DNA from: Pseudoalteromonas translucida KMM 520
GTDB lineage: Bacteria; Pseudomonadota; Gammaproteobacteria; Enterobacterales; Alteromonadaceae
Assembly: GCF_001465295.1 (NCBI RefSeq)
Contig: NZ_CP011034.1
Span: 2,160,001-2,192,000 of the forward strand
Reading direction: 5' to 3'
Length of the DNA stretch: 32,000 nucleotides
A model generated the notes under the pieces. It worked only from the letters and a program-made list of their open reading frames with translations. It was not told the origin of the DNA and did no database searches. How positions within the stretch are numbered: the stretch's first letter is position 1; the number at the start of each line of letters is the position of its first letter. This document shows, piece by piece, positions 17,574-32,000 of this stretch. The translations under genes and the position numbers were made by a program.

Positions 17574-19016
17574 TTAGTGAGGTAAGCTTGGGAATGCCAC
17601 TTCGGCCATATCGCGCATACAACGTACCACTTGGCAGCTGTAACCAAACTCATTATCGTACCAAACGTAAAGTACAATACGATTGTCATCAACAATCGTT
17701 GCTTGCGAGTCAACCACACCAGCGTAACGACTACCTACTAAATCAGTAGATACGATTTCAGTAGAAGCGGTGTAATCAATTTGGTCGCGCAAGTCTGAGT
17801 GAAGTGCGGTATCGCGTAAAAATGCGTTTAGCTCTTCTACCGAGGTGCTCTTTTCTAAATTTAAGTTCAAAATAGCCAGCGACACGTTAGGTGTAGGTAC
17901 GCGAATTGCGTTACCCGTTAGTTTGCCTTCAAGCTCTGGTAGTGCTTTTGAAACCGCTTTTGCAGCGCCTGTTTCAGTAATTACCATGTTAAGCGCAGCA
18001 GCACGGCCACGACGGTCTGCTTTGTGGTAGTTATCAATTAAGTTTTGGTCATTAGTATACGAGTGAACCGTTTCTACGTGACCATTTTTAATGCCAAACT
18101 TATCGTTTAATGCTTTAAGTGTTGGTGTAATGGCATTAGTTGTACAGCTTGCTGCACATACAATTTTGTCTTCAGGTAAAATATCTTTGTTATTTACACC
18201 ATATACGATGTTTTTTATATTACCTTTAGCAGGAGCCGTTAATAGTACTTTAGCAGCACCTTTACATTCCAAATGCTGACCAAGACCTGCTTCATCTTTC
18301 CAAATGCCTGTGTTATCAACAATAAGTGCATTGTCGATACCGTAAGCTGTGTAATCTATTTCGCTAGGAGAGTTAGCGTAAATAACCTGAATGTAGCTAC
18401 CATTAGCTTTAATTGCATTACGTTCTTTATCAACAGTGATAGAGCCATTAAATGGACCATGAATTGAATCACGACGTAATAAGCTGGCACGTTTTTCAAG
18501 GTCGCCATCTTTACCACCACGCACAACAATTGCGCGTAGGCGTAAATCAGCATAAGGACCTGATTTTTCAATTAGTAGGCGTGCAAGTAAACGGCCAATT
18601 CGACCAAAGCCATAAAGCACCACGTCACGTGATTCTTTAGCCGGTAAATCAGCAATTTCAGCAAGCTCATCTTTTACAAACTCTTCAACAGAACGACCGT
18701 TTGCAACATCATTATACAAATAACTATAAGCCAGCTTACCAATATCGATACGTGCAGAATTTAAATCCATTTTGCTAATCGCTTCTAAAAATGGGAAGCT
18801 TTCACGTAAACGTAATTTTGTACCTTCAAACTGCGCAACTGATTTGTGAGATTTGATAATTTCAATTGGGCTTGCATTTACAAGTGGACGGCCATAAACA
18901 GCAATTTCGATACCACGACTACGATAAAGCTTACCAATGATTGGTTGCATGCTTTCTGCGTAACCTTGGCGTTCTTGCCAACTATTTGTGTATTCTAACT
19001 CGTGAGATGAGGTCAT
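17574..19016 (-). CDS. gap: Glyceraldehyde-3-phosphate dehydrogenase, long (~480 aa) form
   Basis: GFGRIGR Rossmann motif and the catalytic ASCTTNA motif. The WYDNEFGYS C-terminal signature is present. There is an N-terminal extension of about 130 aa, as in the long-form gammaproteobacterial enzymes. Confidence 0.9.
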   Translation of the reverse strand: MTSSHELEYTNSWQERQGYAESMQPIIGKLYRSRGIEIAVYGRPLVNASPIEIIKSHKSVAQFEGTKLRLRESFPFLEAISKMDLNSARIDIGKLAYSYLYNDVANGRSVEEFVKDELAEIADLPAKESRDVVLYGFGRIGRLLARLLIEKSGPYADLRLRAIVVRGGKDGDLEKRASLLRRDSIHGPFNGSITVDKERNAIKANGSYIQVIYANSPSEIDYTAYGIDNALIVDNTGIWKDEAGLGQHLECKGAAKVLLTAPAKGNIKNIVYGVNNKDILPEDKIVCAASCTTNAITPTLKALNDKFGIKNGHVETVHSYTNDQNLIDNYHKADRRGRAAALNMVITETGAAKAVSKALPELEGKLTGNAIRVPTPNVSLAILNLNLEKSTSVEELNAFLRDTALHSDLRDQIDYTASTEIVSTDLVGSRYAGVVDSQATIVDDNRIVLYVWYDNEFGYSCQVVRCMRDMAEVAFPSLPH

Positions 19017-19216
19017 TTTATTTACCTAAGTTAAACATTTTTGAACGGATAGCCCTAGAGCATTTAACCATCAAAAGTTGAAATAATTTCGACCCTGATA
19101 AGTCAACGCACTCTAGTGACTTCCCTATTCTAATTTAATCTTGCTTTATTCTCTACTGTTAGAGGCTAATTGATTGCGTTAGAATAACATTATATTAATA
19201 TATTTAAGGGTTGAGG

Positions 19217-20017
19217 ATGATTATAAGACTAATAGCAGTGCTTGGAGTACTCACCCTAGCCGGATGTGAAAAGCCACTAAGCTTGGCCCAAGTATGTAAA
19301 GAAACGCCCGGGTTTTGCAACGATCTAAATAAAGATAATCATTGCAGAGAGCAGCGCTCTAGCACTATTTTGCAGCGTTATATAGAATATAAGCACCCAA
19401 CGGATGAAAATAAATATCAGCTACTTAAAGAGTTTGAATCATATAATCAGTGTATTACGCTTGCAGCTAAAATTGAGCATATAAAATTAAAAGAAAAAAA
19501 GACCTCACGTGTAGAGGGTAAATTAACCAGTATTAAAGAAATGACGCGATTATATCAAGACACTAAAAATACTAATCACCCAGGCTTACTTTATTATCAT
19601 TGGTCGCGTAATAACGATCAGCGAGCACTGACTAAGTTTTTAGCCTTGGAGCATGATGAAAGGGTGACAACAAGTGCTGAAATGCAACTTTTTTTGGCAT
19701 CGTATTATATTAAGTTTGATGATGATAAAACGATTGATTTGCTCTACAAAACATTAGAGCTTAATAAAGCACAGCAAATACCTGTTCCCGAGGTGTTTAC
19801 CTCTTTGGTCAGTTTGTTTTATAAACAACAAAAGTATAAGCATGCTTATGTTTTTTCAAAAGTTGCGCAGATGTCGGGCATAGAAAACGTTGATATATTT
19901 GCTGTAGAGCAGCAATTAGCAAGCAGCAGAAAAAACCTTGATAGTTTAGATTTATTAGCGCAACAAACTTTTCAGCAAATTCGCGCTGGTAAGTTTGTAT
20001 CACCTAGGGAGTTTTAA
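19217..20017 (+). CDS. Putative lipoprotein of unknown function
   Basis: Signal sequence with lipobox LAGC (MIIRLIAVLGVLTLAGC). I prefer the ATG at 19217 to the TTG at 19211. I cannot assign a confident family. Confidence 0.6.
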   Translation: MIIRLIAVLGVLTLAGCEKPLSLAQVCKETPGFCNDLNKDNHCREQRSSTILQRYIEYKHPTDENKYQLLKEFESYNQCITLAAKIEHIKLKEKKTSRVEGKLTSIKEMTRLYQDTKNTNHPGLLYYHWSRNNDQRALTKFLALEHDERVTTSAEMQLFLASYYIKFDDDKTIDLLYKTLELNKAQQIPVPEVFTSLVSLFYKQQKYKHAYVFSKVAQMSGIENVDIFAVEQQLASSRKNLDSLDLLAQQTFQQIRAGKFVSPREF

Positions 20018-20052
20018 GTAATCTAGGCGTAGTTAAATAAAACATTAATAAT

Positions 20053-20080
20053 AAAAAAGGCAGCTTACGCTGCCTTTTTT
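20053..20080. terminator. Bidirectional rho-independent terminator
   Basis: aaaaaaggcagc / ttac / gctgcctttttt, between the convergent lipoprotein gene and ihfA. Confidence 0.75.
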
Positions 20081-20083
20081 ATA

Positions 20084-20383
20084 TTACTTTGCTTTACTTG
20101 TGCCCACTTCTACTCGGGTTTTAAGTTTTTGCCCAGGTCTAAAGGTCACCACGCGACGCGCCGAAATAGGAATATCTTCCCCTGTTTTCGGATTACGTCC
20201 CGGTCTTTCTTTTTTATCACGAAGATCAAAATTACCAAATCCAGAGAGCTTAATCTGCTCGCCTTTTTCAAGCGCTGAGCGGATTTCTTCAAAAAACGCT
20301 TCAACTAAATCTTTGGCATCTTTTTTATTGATCCCGAGTTTTTCAAATAGGTGTTCAGCTATGTCGGCTTTAGTAAGCGCCAT
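20084..20383 (-). CDS. ihfA: Integration host factor subunit alpha
   Basis: 99 aa, [10 protein letters not shown]...[41 protein letters not shown], near-identical in pattern to E. coli IhfA. It sits in the canonical position after pheT. Confidence 0.95.
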   Translation of the reverse strand: MALTKADIAEHLFEKLGINKKDAKDLVEAFFEEIRSALEKGEQIKLSGFGNFDLRDKKERPGRNPKTGEDIPISARRVVTFRPGQKLKTRVEVGTSKAK

Positions 20384-20385
20384 AT

Positions 20386-22773
20386 CTAGTCCCTCAACGA
20401 TGCATTAAACTGTTCGGCCAGTGTGGCCACCACGTTATCAACTACTAGATTGATATCTTTCTCTTCGAGTGTTCTATCAACCGATTGCAGTGTTAGAGCA
20501 ATCGCCAAACTCTTATAATTTGGCTCAATACCTTTGCCCTTATACACATCGAATAAGTTTAGGTCAACTAATTGATTTCCGCCAACTTTTTCTATCGCTG
20601 TTAAAATATCGCCAATATTTACGCTCTCTTGCACTAAAATCGCGATGTCGCGGCGATTTGAAGGGAATTTAGACACCCCTGCAATTTGCGGTAAATTTCT
20701 TTTTTCAATTGCCGACATTTCAATTTCAAACACAAATGTAGCATTATTGATATCTAACGACTTTTGCACTTGAGGGTGTAAAGCACCAAAAAAGCCAACC
20801 TTTTTTCCAGCAACATAAATTACCGCTGATTGACCAGGATGCAAACCATCTGACTGCTCTGCTTTAATTTCAAAGCGGCTGACATCATTGGTAATTGCCA
20901 GTAGTGCTTCCACGTCACCTTTCACATCGTAAAAATCGACGTTGCGTTTTTCTTCAACCCAATGTTCGCCATGCGCAAGACCGGTAATTACACCGCCAAT
21001 TACTGGCACTTGGTTAACACCGTTTTCGGCATTTTCGTCACTTAAAAATTTAAGGCCGTGTTCAAATAAACGAATACGCGGTTGCTGACGATTTTGGTTA
21101 TACGCTAGCGACGCCAATAAGCCCGGCATTAAGCTTACTCGCATTGCCGACATTTCAATTGAAATTGGGTGCGGTAATACTAGCGGCTGACTTTCTGGGT
21201 GCAAAATAGCTTGCGCTTTAGGGTCTACAAAACTGTACGTAATAGCCTCTTGATAGCCACGGGCTACTAGCGTATTACGAAACTTACTTAGTGCGATAGT
21301 CGCTTCGTTATGGGTGGTCATTTTAAGTTTAGCAGTCGGTGCAACATTAGGAATACTGTTGTAACCGTAAACACGTGCCACTTCTTCAATTAAATCTTCT
21401 TCAATACGCACATCAAAACGGTAACTAGGTACATCTGCACTCCAGCTGTCGTTTTCAACTTTTACGTTAAAACCTAAGCGGGTTAAAATATCAGTAACTT
21501 TCTCATCTTCAATATGATGGCCAATAACACGGTCTAAACGGCTACGACGTAAACGAACCTCAGTCACTTTAGGTAGCTTATCTGCGGCAACGGCTTCAAC
21601 CACTGGGCCTGCTTCACCGCCTACTATTTCAAGTAGTAACGCTGTTGCACGCTCTATTGCATCATGCTGTAGCGCAAAATCAACACCACGCTCATAACGA
21701 TGCGAGGCATCTGTGTGCAAACCATAGCTACGCGCTTGCCCTGCAATTGCTATAGGGTTAAAGAATGCGCTTTCAAGTAATATATCAGACGTTTTATCTG
21801 TAACACCCGATTGCTCGCCACCAAAAATACCCGCAATGGCTAGCGCTTTATTATGATCGGCTATCACTAATGTAGATTCGTTTAATTTAACGCTATTACC
21901 GTCAAGTAAAACCAGCTCTTCACCGGCATTTGCACTACGCACTTTAATACCACCTTCAATTGCATTTAAATCAAATGCATGCATTGGGTGGCCAAGTTCT
22001 AGTAATACATAATTAGTAACATCGACTACTGGATCGATTGAACGCACACCGCTGCGACGTAGTTTTTCAACCAACCATAACGGCGTTGCTGTATCAAGGT
22101 TAATGCCTTTGATCACACGACCAAGGTAGCGAGGACATGCATCTTCATTAACTAATTCAATCGATACTTTATCGTCAATTGTTGGTGTAACCGCTGGAAT
22201 TTGTAATACGTTTACGTCTATGCTGTTAAGTACGCCCACTTCACGGGCTAAGCCTTTTATACCTAAACAATCACCACGGTTTGGCGTCAAATCAACATCA
22301 ATAATATTATCATCAAGGCCTAGGTATTCACGTAAATCTGTTCCTACTGGCGCATCACTTGGCAATTCCATAATGCCATCGCCTTCTTCGCTAATACCTA
22401 GCTCGACAAAGGCACACAACATGCCATTTGAAGGTTGGCCACGTAACTTGGCTTTTTTAATTTTAAAATCACCAGGAAGCACGGCACCAACAGTTGCAAC
22501 CGCAACTTTAATGCCTAAACGACAGTTTGGTGCACCACATACAATATCAAGCAGTTCATCACCACCGACATTAATTTTGGTAACGCGGAGCTTATCTGCA
22601 TCAGGATGTTGCCCACATTCAACAACTTCACCTACCAAGACACCATTAAACTTTGCTGCTGCAGGTGTTACACCATCAACTTCTAGACCAGCCATAGAAA
22701 GCTGTTCCGACAGAGCTTGCGTATCAATGGCTGGATTAACCCACTCTCTTAACCACTTTTCACTAAATTTCAT
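20386..22773 (-). CDS. pheT: Phenylalanine--tRNA ligase beta subunit
   Basis: 795 aa, N-terminus [14 protein letters not shown] as in PheT. Canonical length, directly downstream of pheS. Confidence 0.95.
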   Translation of the reverse strand: MKFSEKWLREWVNPAIDTQALSEQLSMAGLEVDGVTPAAAKFNGVLVGEVVECGQHPDADKLRVTKINVGGDELLDIVCGAPNCRLGIKVAVATVGAVLPGDFKIKKAKLRGQPSNGMLCAFVELGISEEGDGIMELPSDAPVGTDLREYLGLDDNIIDVDLTPNRGDCLGIKGLAREVGVLNSIDVNVLQIPAVTPTIDDKVSIELVNEDACPRYLGRVIKGINLDTATPLWLVEKLRRSGVRSIDPVVDVTNYVLLELGHPMHAFDLNAIEGGIKVRSANAGEELVLLDGNSVKLNESTLVIADHNKALAIAGIFGGEQSGVTDKTSDILLESAFFNPIAIAGQARSYGLHTDASHRYERGVDFALQHDAIERATALLLEIVGGEAGPVVEAVAADKLPKVTEVRLRRSRLDRVIGHHIEDEKVTDILTRLGFNVKVENDSWSADVPSYRFDVRIEEDLIEEVARVYGYNSIPNVAPTAKLKMTTHNEATIALSKFRNTLVARGYQEAITYSFVDPKAQAILHPESQPLVLPHPISIEMSAMRVSLMPGLLASLAYNQNRQQPRIRLFEHGLKFLSDENAENGVNQVPVIGGVITGLAHGEHWVEEKRNVDFYDVKGDVEALLAITNDVSRFEIKAEQSDGLHPGQSAVIYVAGKKVGFFGALHPQVQKSLDINNATFVFEIEMSAIEKRNLPQIAGVSKFPSNRRDIAILVQESVNIGDILTAIEKVGGNQLVDLNLFDVYKGKGIEPNYKSLAIALTLQSVDRTLEEKDINLVVDNVVATLAEQFNASLRD

Positions 22774-22788
22774 ATTATTGTTTCACTC

Positions 22789-23784
<996 letters not shown>

Positions 23785-23853
23785 TCACAGAAGGTGATTG
23801 CTGTTAAGTAATAACTTATGATAACTGAAAGCAGTGCCTAGATTCTAGACCTA

Positions 23854-24564
23854 CTAGAGCTTTAACGTTGATTTTATAAAAGGAATTGTTAATTTTCGTT
23901 GTGCGGCCATAGATGCATGATCTAATTTGTCTAATACGTCTAGTAATGTCCGCATATCACGGCTTAAGCGCGTTAATAAAAATCGGGCGCATTCGTCACT
24001 TAGCTCTAAGCCGCGCATTTTTGTGCGTTTAACTAAAGCTTGTGCTTTGTCGTCATCGCTCATGGAGCGAATTTGCAGTGTAGTTCCCCATTTTAGCCGC
24101 GATTCTAAGTCAGGTAAGCTAATATTTAGCATGTCGGGGAGTAAGTCTGCGGTCACCACCAACATTTTTTTAGGCTCGTTAAAGCGATTAAAAAAATTAA
24201 ATAAGGCCTTTTCCCACGCATCATCACCCGCTACCAAATGCACATCATCTATGCATAAAACATCAAGAGCTTCTAAGCCTTCTAATACCATAGGGCCAAA
24301 ATCAATAACTTCTCGCATAGATAACAGCATATTTGATAAGCCGCGCTCTTGCGCTTGAATACACGTAGCGTACAAAAGGTGAGATTTCCCTGAATCGCCC
24401 AAACCACATAAATACGTGTATTGAAAAGATTGCGACAATTTTGAAAAACTGTCTTTTAAATGGCTTACTTCTAAAGAGTCCTCACCACCAAAGTACGAAG
24501 TAAAGGTTTCGTCATCGGGCAAAGTAACCGGCAATGCCATTTGCATTGGTTCATGAGTTAGCAT
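23854..24564 (-). CDS. hda: DnaA regulatory inactivator Hda
   Basis: LPVTLPDDETFTSY N-terminal clamp-binding region, an AAA+ core, and C-terminal AQRKLTIPFIKSTLKL, matching E. coli Hda almost motif-for-motif. The start overlaps the upstream stop (TAATG). An internal Met (MQMALPV) is an alternative start. Confidence 0.9.
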   Translation of the reverse strand: MLTHEPMQMALPVTLPDDETFTSYFGGEDSLEVSHLKDSFSKLSQSFQYTYLCGLGDSGKSHLLYATCIQAQERGLSNMLLSMREVIDFGPMVLEGLEALDVLCIDDVHLVAGDDAWEKALFNFFNRFNEPKKMLVVTADLLPDMLNISLPDLESRLKWGTTLQIRSMSDDDKAQALVKRTKMRGLELSDECARFLLTRLSRDMRTLLDVLDKLDHASMAAQRKLTIPFIKSTLKL

Positions 24565-25619
24565 TACTCACCAATCCATTGATACTCTAAACTGTTTTTA
24601 TCAACAACATGATAAAAAGCACTTGGATCAACATAATCTCTAAACGCAGCATCAAGCCCTAATGCTTTTTTTAAATCAACCACACTGCCAGTGTGATTAA
24701 GTTTGAACTCAACTAAATCTGGGGTTTTTCGTATAATAGTAGCCTGAGTTACCACACTTAAATTTGATAATCGGCGTTTAGCCAACTCAATATCAACAAA
24801 GCTTTGCGTACCTTTTAGGGTTAAAGTTGCTGCCGCTTGCTCGTAATAAGCATTTGGATCAATTGCATATTCATCAGCTAGCCCTTTCGCTAACGTATCT
24901 ATCATTTGCGCAACAACTTGTTGTTTATCACCCGTTAATCTATTTAATTCAAAAAGGTCATCGTTAGTAAATCGCCAATCTAAAACCCAATTTTCACTAT
25001 CTGGTTGTTTATACATTCTGGCGGTAATACTGCGCTCAGCACTATAACGCTTAGACGCCTCTTCTACTGGCTCTGAAAAATTACCCCATACTTCAGGAAT
25101 ACCAACTAGGCGTCTGTCTTGTAAATCAAGTAAAGGCACCACAACCGGCAAACCACGTCGCCCTGCTTTATCGTATATTAACTGCTCTAGTTGTGGGTAG
25201 CTTTCTTGAGTAACTAGTTCTCTGCGCCAGTTATCTTCAATTCCTAACCATATTGCAATTAATGGTCGTTGCACACCCCATAAAGGTAAGCCGAGCTCTT
25301 TAATTAATGCATTAATTTTTCGCGCTTCAAATTTAACAACAAGTTTTAAGTTACCGGTTGTACTCTCGTCGTACTCAAACTTGAGCATGTAGTCTGAAAT
25401 ATCTTGAGTTTTTTGTTGCGCTAAGCTGTTTTGATCAGCACTTTCATCACCGCTGACTTTCACTAAAACATTCAGCAATGCCGTACGACTTGCTGCCAAA
25501 CGCGTGTCTCGAGTTTTATCATCAACTTTTAAAATATCTTGATAAAGATCAGTTACTTCAACCGCCGATGCAGTAAAGCAAAATATAATTGATAAGGCAC
25601 TTAATAATAATCTATACAC
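24564..25619 (-). CDS. DUF2066 domain-containing secreted protein
   Basis: 351 aa with a signal peptide (LSIIFCFTASAVEV). Its position immediately upstream of hda, translationally coupled to it, matches DUF2066 genes in other gammaproteobacteria. The family assignment is from memory. Confidence 0.65.
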   Translation of the reverse strand: MYRLLLSALSIIFCFTASAVEVTDLYQDILKVDDKTRDTRLAASRTALLNVLVKVSGDESADQNSLAQQKTQDISDYMLKFEYDESTTGNLKLVVKFEARKINALIKELGLPLWGVQRPLIAIWLGIEDNWRRELVTQESYPQLEQLIYDKAGRRGLPVVVPLLDLQDRRLVGIPEVWGNFSEPVEEASKRYSAERSITARMYKQPDSENWVLDWRFTNDDLFELNRLTGDKQQVVAQMIDTLAKGLADEYAIDPNAYYEQAAATLTLKGTQSFVDIELAKRRLSNLSVVTQATIIRKTPDLVEFKLNHTGSVVDLKKALGLDAAFRDYVDPSAFYHVVDKNSLEYQWIGE

Positions 25620-25901
25620 AGGCTGTTTGTTCTTAGTTTTAAACTAATTTGATCCTAAATCAAAGCAACTCACAAAGCAAAATTATATTTGGTTTGTGGG
25701 TTGTTAGGACCTAGCACCGTTTAATTAAGCAGTGGTTTTACCTAGTGATGTAGCAAGGCACATAGCAAATGCGGCATAACCATTGGCCGGTGGTGATATT
25801 TTTATGATTTGAGTGTCGGGAGTCGCGTTGCTTGCCCAACCTGCGAGTTAGGAGGATGTGAGTGTACATTAATTGCACTACCCTCACTTTTCTGCAGACG
25901 T

Positions 25902-25932
25902 AAAAAAGCCCGACTATTTCTAGTCGGGCTTT
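25902..25932 (-). terminator. rrn operon terminator
   Basis: agcccgacta / tttc / tagtcgggct hairpin just downstream of 5S, followed by a T-run on the minus strand. Confidence 0.75.
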
Positions 25933-25943
25933 CTACAATTTGG

Positions 25944-26061
25944 AGCCTGGCAATGTCCTACTTTCACATAGCAAATGCTACACTATCATCGGCGCTGTTT
26001 CGTTTCACTACTGAGTTCGGCATGGGGTCAGGTGGGTCCAAAACGCTATTGTTACCAAGCA
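25944..26061 (-). rRNA. rrf: 5S rRNA
   Basis: The reverse complement begins tgcttggtaacaatagcg...cccacctgaccccatgccgaactcag and ends ...gtaggacattgccaggc, colinear with E. coli 5S. The ends are accurate to about 3 nt. Confidence 0.9.
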
Positions 26062-26207
26062 AATTAGGGCGTTAATTCGTATTCCTACAAATTAACTGAA
26101 TTTGGAAAATATCTGATAATATTTTTTAAGTCTTTCTTCAGTAATATCTACTTTAGTTATATTAACTTCTTGCTTGAACTGTCGCATAAAACGCGTTTGG
26201 CGTTGTA

Positions 26208-29095
<2,888 letters not shown>

Positions 29096-29401
29096 ATACA
29101 ACCCCAAACGGGTCTTTGTTGTGTGACAGTTTAACTTCGCCAGAAGTCAATATTGAATACTAAAGTAGATACCAATCAATCAACTCATAAGAGTTAACTA
29201 AATGGCACTGAATGGTACTGCTACCATTCTTTTTTTACTTTTGAAAACTCTTGATAAATACAATGTATTCATCAGAATTTTATTATCAGCTTTTCCAAAT
29301 TTTTAAAGAGCAAGAGAAATAAAAACTTCTCAAAATTAAACACACTTCATTCTCAGGTCGTTTATGACCCGATAAAGAATATTTATTTTTAAGAAGTAAA
29401 G

Positions 29402-29477
29402 TGGTGGAGCTAAGCAGGATCGAACTGCTGACCTCCTGCGTGCAAGGCAGGCGCTCTCCCAGCTGAGCTATAGCCCC
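29402..29477 (-). tRNA. tRNA-Ala (anticodon TGC)
   Basis: The reverse complement is ggggctatagctcagctgggagagcgcctgccttgcacgcaggaggtcagcagttcgatcctgcttagctccacca. It forms a cloverleaf with anticodon loop cttgcac and an encoded CCA. Confidence 0.95.
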
Positions 29478-29588
29478 ACATATGCTGGTCTTACTGTTTG
29501 TATACCGACTTTGCTTCCAGGCAAGGCGTGGGAAATCGACGTTTAGTTTACTAAACGAGATATTCCATAACGATGTATGGGAGTAAAG

Positions 29589-29665
<77 letters not shown>

Positions 29666-29741
29666 AAACAATAAGTGTTGTTCTCTTTACAATTAACAAT
29701 CATCTGTGTGGACACTACGAACAAATAAGTTCTAAATCGTA

Positions 29742-30167
<426 letters not shown>

Positions 30168-30168
<1 letters not shown>

Positions 30169-30354
30169 TCTCCGCGTTCGCCTCGTTAACCTATGTATTC
30201 AGTTAACGATACCTGCAAGCAGGTGGGTTTCCCCATTCGGAAATCCTAGTCTCAAGTGCTTTTTACTAGCTTGACTAGGCTTATCGCAAGTTAATACGTC
30301 CTTCATCGCCTCCAACTGCCAAGGCATCCACCGTGTACGCTTAGTCACTTAACC
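30168..30354 (-). rRNA. Truncated 23S rRNA: 5'-terminal 187 nt only
   Basis: Identical to 28909-29095 of the complete 23S. It is fused at its downstream end to the 16S fragment with a single shared T at 30168. Confidence 0.9.
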
Positions 30355-30570
30355 ATACAACCCAAACGGGTCTTTGTTGTGTGACAGTTTAACTTCGCCA
30401 GAAGTCAATATTGAATACTAAAGTAGATACCAATCAATCAACTCATAAGAGTTAACTAAATGGCACTGAATGGTACTGCTACCATTCTTTTTTTACTTTT
30501 GAAAACTCTTGATAAATACAATGTATTCATCAGAATTTTATTATCAGCTTTTCCAAATTTTTAAAGAGCA
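30168..30570. repeat. Direct repeat of 28909-29312 (23S 5' end plus the 23S-proximal spacer)
   Basis: 403 vs 404 bp, identical by eye except a C3 (30361-30363) versus C4 (29102-29105) run. Confidence 0.9.
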
Positions 30571-30601
30571 TATTAATTAGTTATCCCGAAGGACAAGCAC
30601 T

Positions 30602-32000
<1,399 letters not shown>

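Noticed and set aside
17513-17719. A 68-aa ORF overlapping the 3' end of gap and its terminator. Similarly, the 62-aa ORF at 6951-7139 overlaps the 3' end of ccoG.
   Set aside because: Both overlap confidently assigned genes and terminator hairpins. Their hydrophobic low-complexity translations come from AT-rich sequence, and there is no start context.
25759-25978. The 14-mer cacatagcaaatgc occurs both upstream of the rrn terminator (25759-25772) and inside 5S (25965-25978), which suggested a 5S remnant.
   Set aside because: The flanks do not match at all. One or two exact 14-mer coincidences are expected by chance in 32 kb. The same reasoning applies to ttattatgctaact at 515-528 and 10088-10101.

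Overview
The window reads as ordinary chromosomal core from an AT-rich marine gammaproteobacterium. Gene content and the rRNA look Alteromonadales or Pseudoalteromonas-like, but that is inference and I cannot run a search. Almost all genes are on the minus strand.

Gene order, left to right:
- a small hypothetical protein and a YkgJ-type Cys-cluster protein
- a secreted cyanophycinase/S51-like protein and a PilZ-like protein
- helicase IV (helD)
- an M14/AstE-AspA-type peptidase
- a stand-alone ccoG/fixG-like ferredoxin membrane protein, immediately downstream of a PAS-AAA+-HTH sigma-54 activator gene that is split by a 1-nt frameshift
- a ~350-bp inverted-repeat-bounded element
- a DUF1439 lipoprotein
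- a zinc-ribbon / yeaC / DUF349 operon
- an alanine:cation symporter
- a cytosolic-carboxypeptidase-like M14 enzyme
- a long-form GAPDH and a lipoprotein
- ihfA-pheT-pheS, then hda and a DUF2066 protein
- an rRNA operon (5S-23S-tRNA-Ala-tRNA-Ile-16S) that runs off the right edge

I see no CRISPR array, prophage, integron, transposase, toxin-antitoxin pair or recognisable defence system.

Things worth a second look:
1. The rrn operon contains a non-homologous junction. The first 187 nt of 23S are fused to the last 427 nt of 16S, giving a partial tandem duplication with two different spacer types. This is either a real rearrangement or an assembly chimera.
2. A compact candidate sigma-54 circuit: the activator gene, repeated TCGCGA-N4-TCGCGA-type sites, and a -24/-12 promoter in front of the orphan ccoG.
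3. The homopolymer frameshift in that activator.
4. The MITE-like element.

The remaining findings are low-interest protein-architecture notes.
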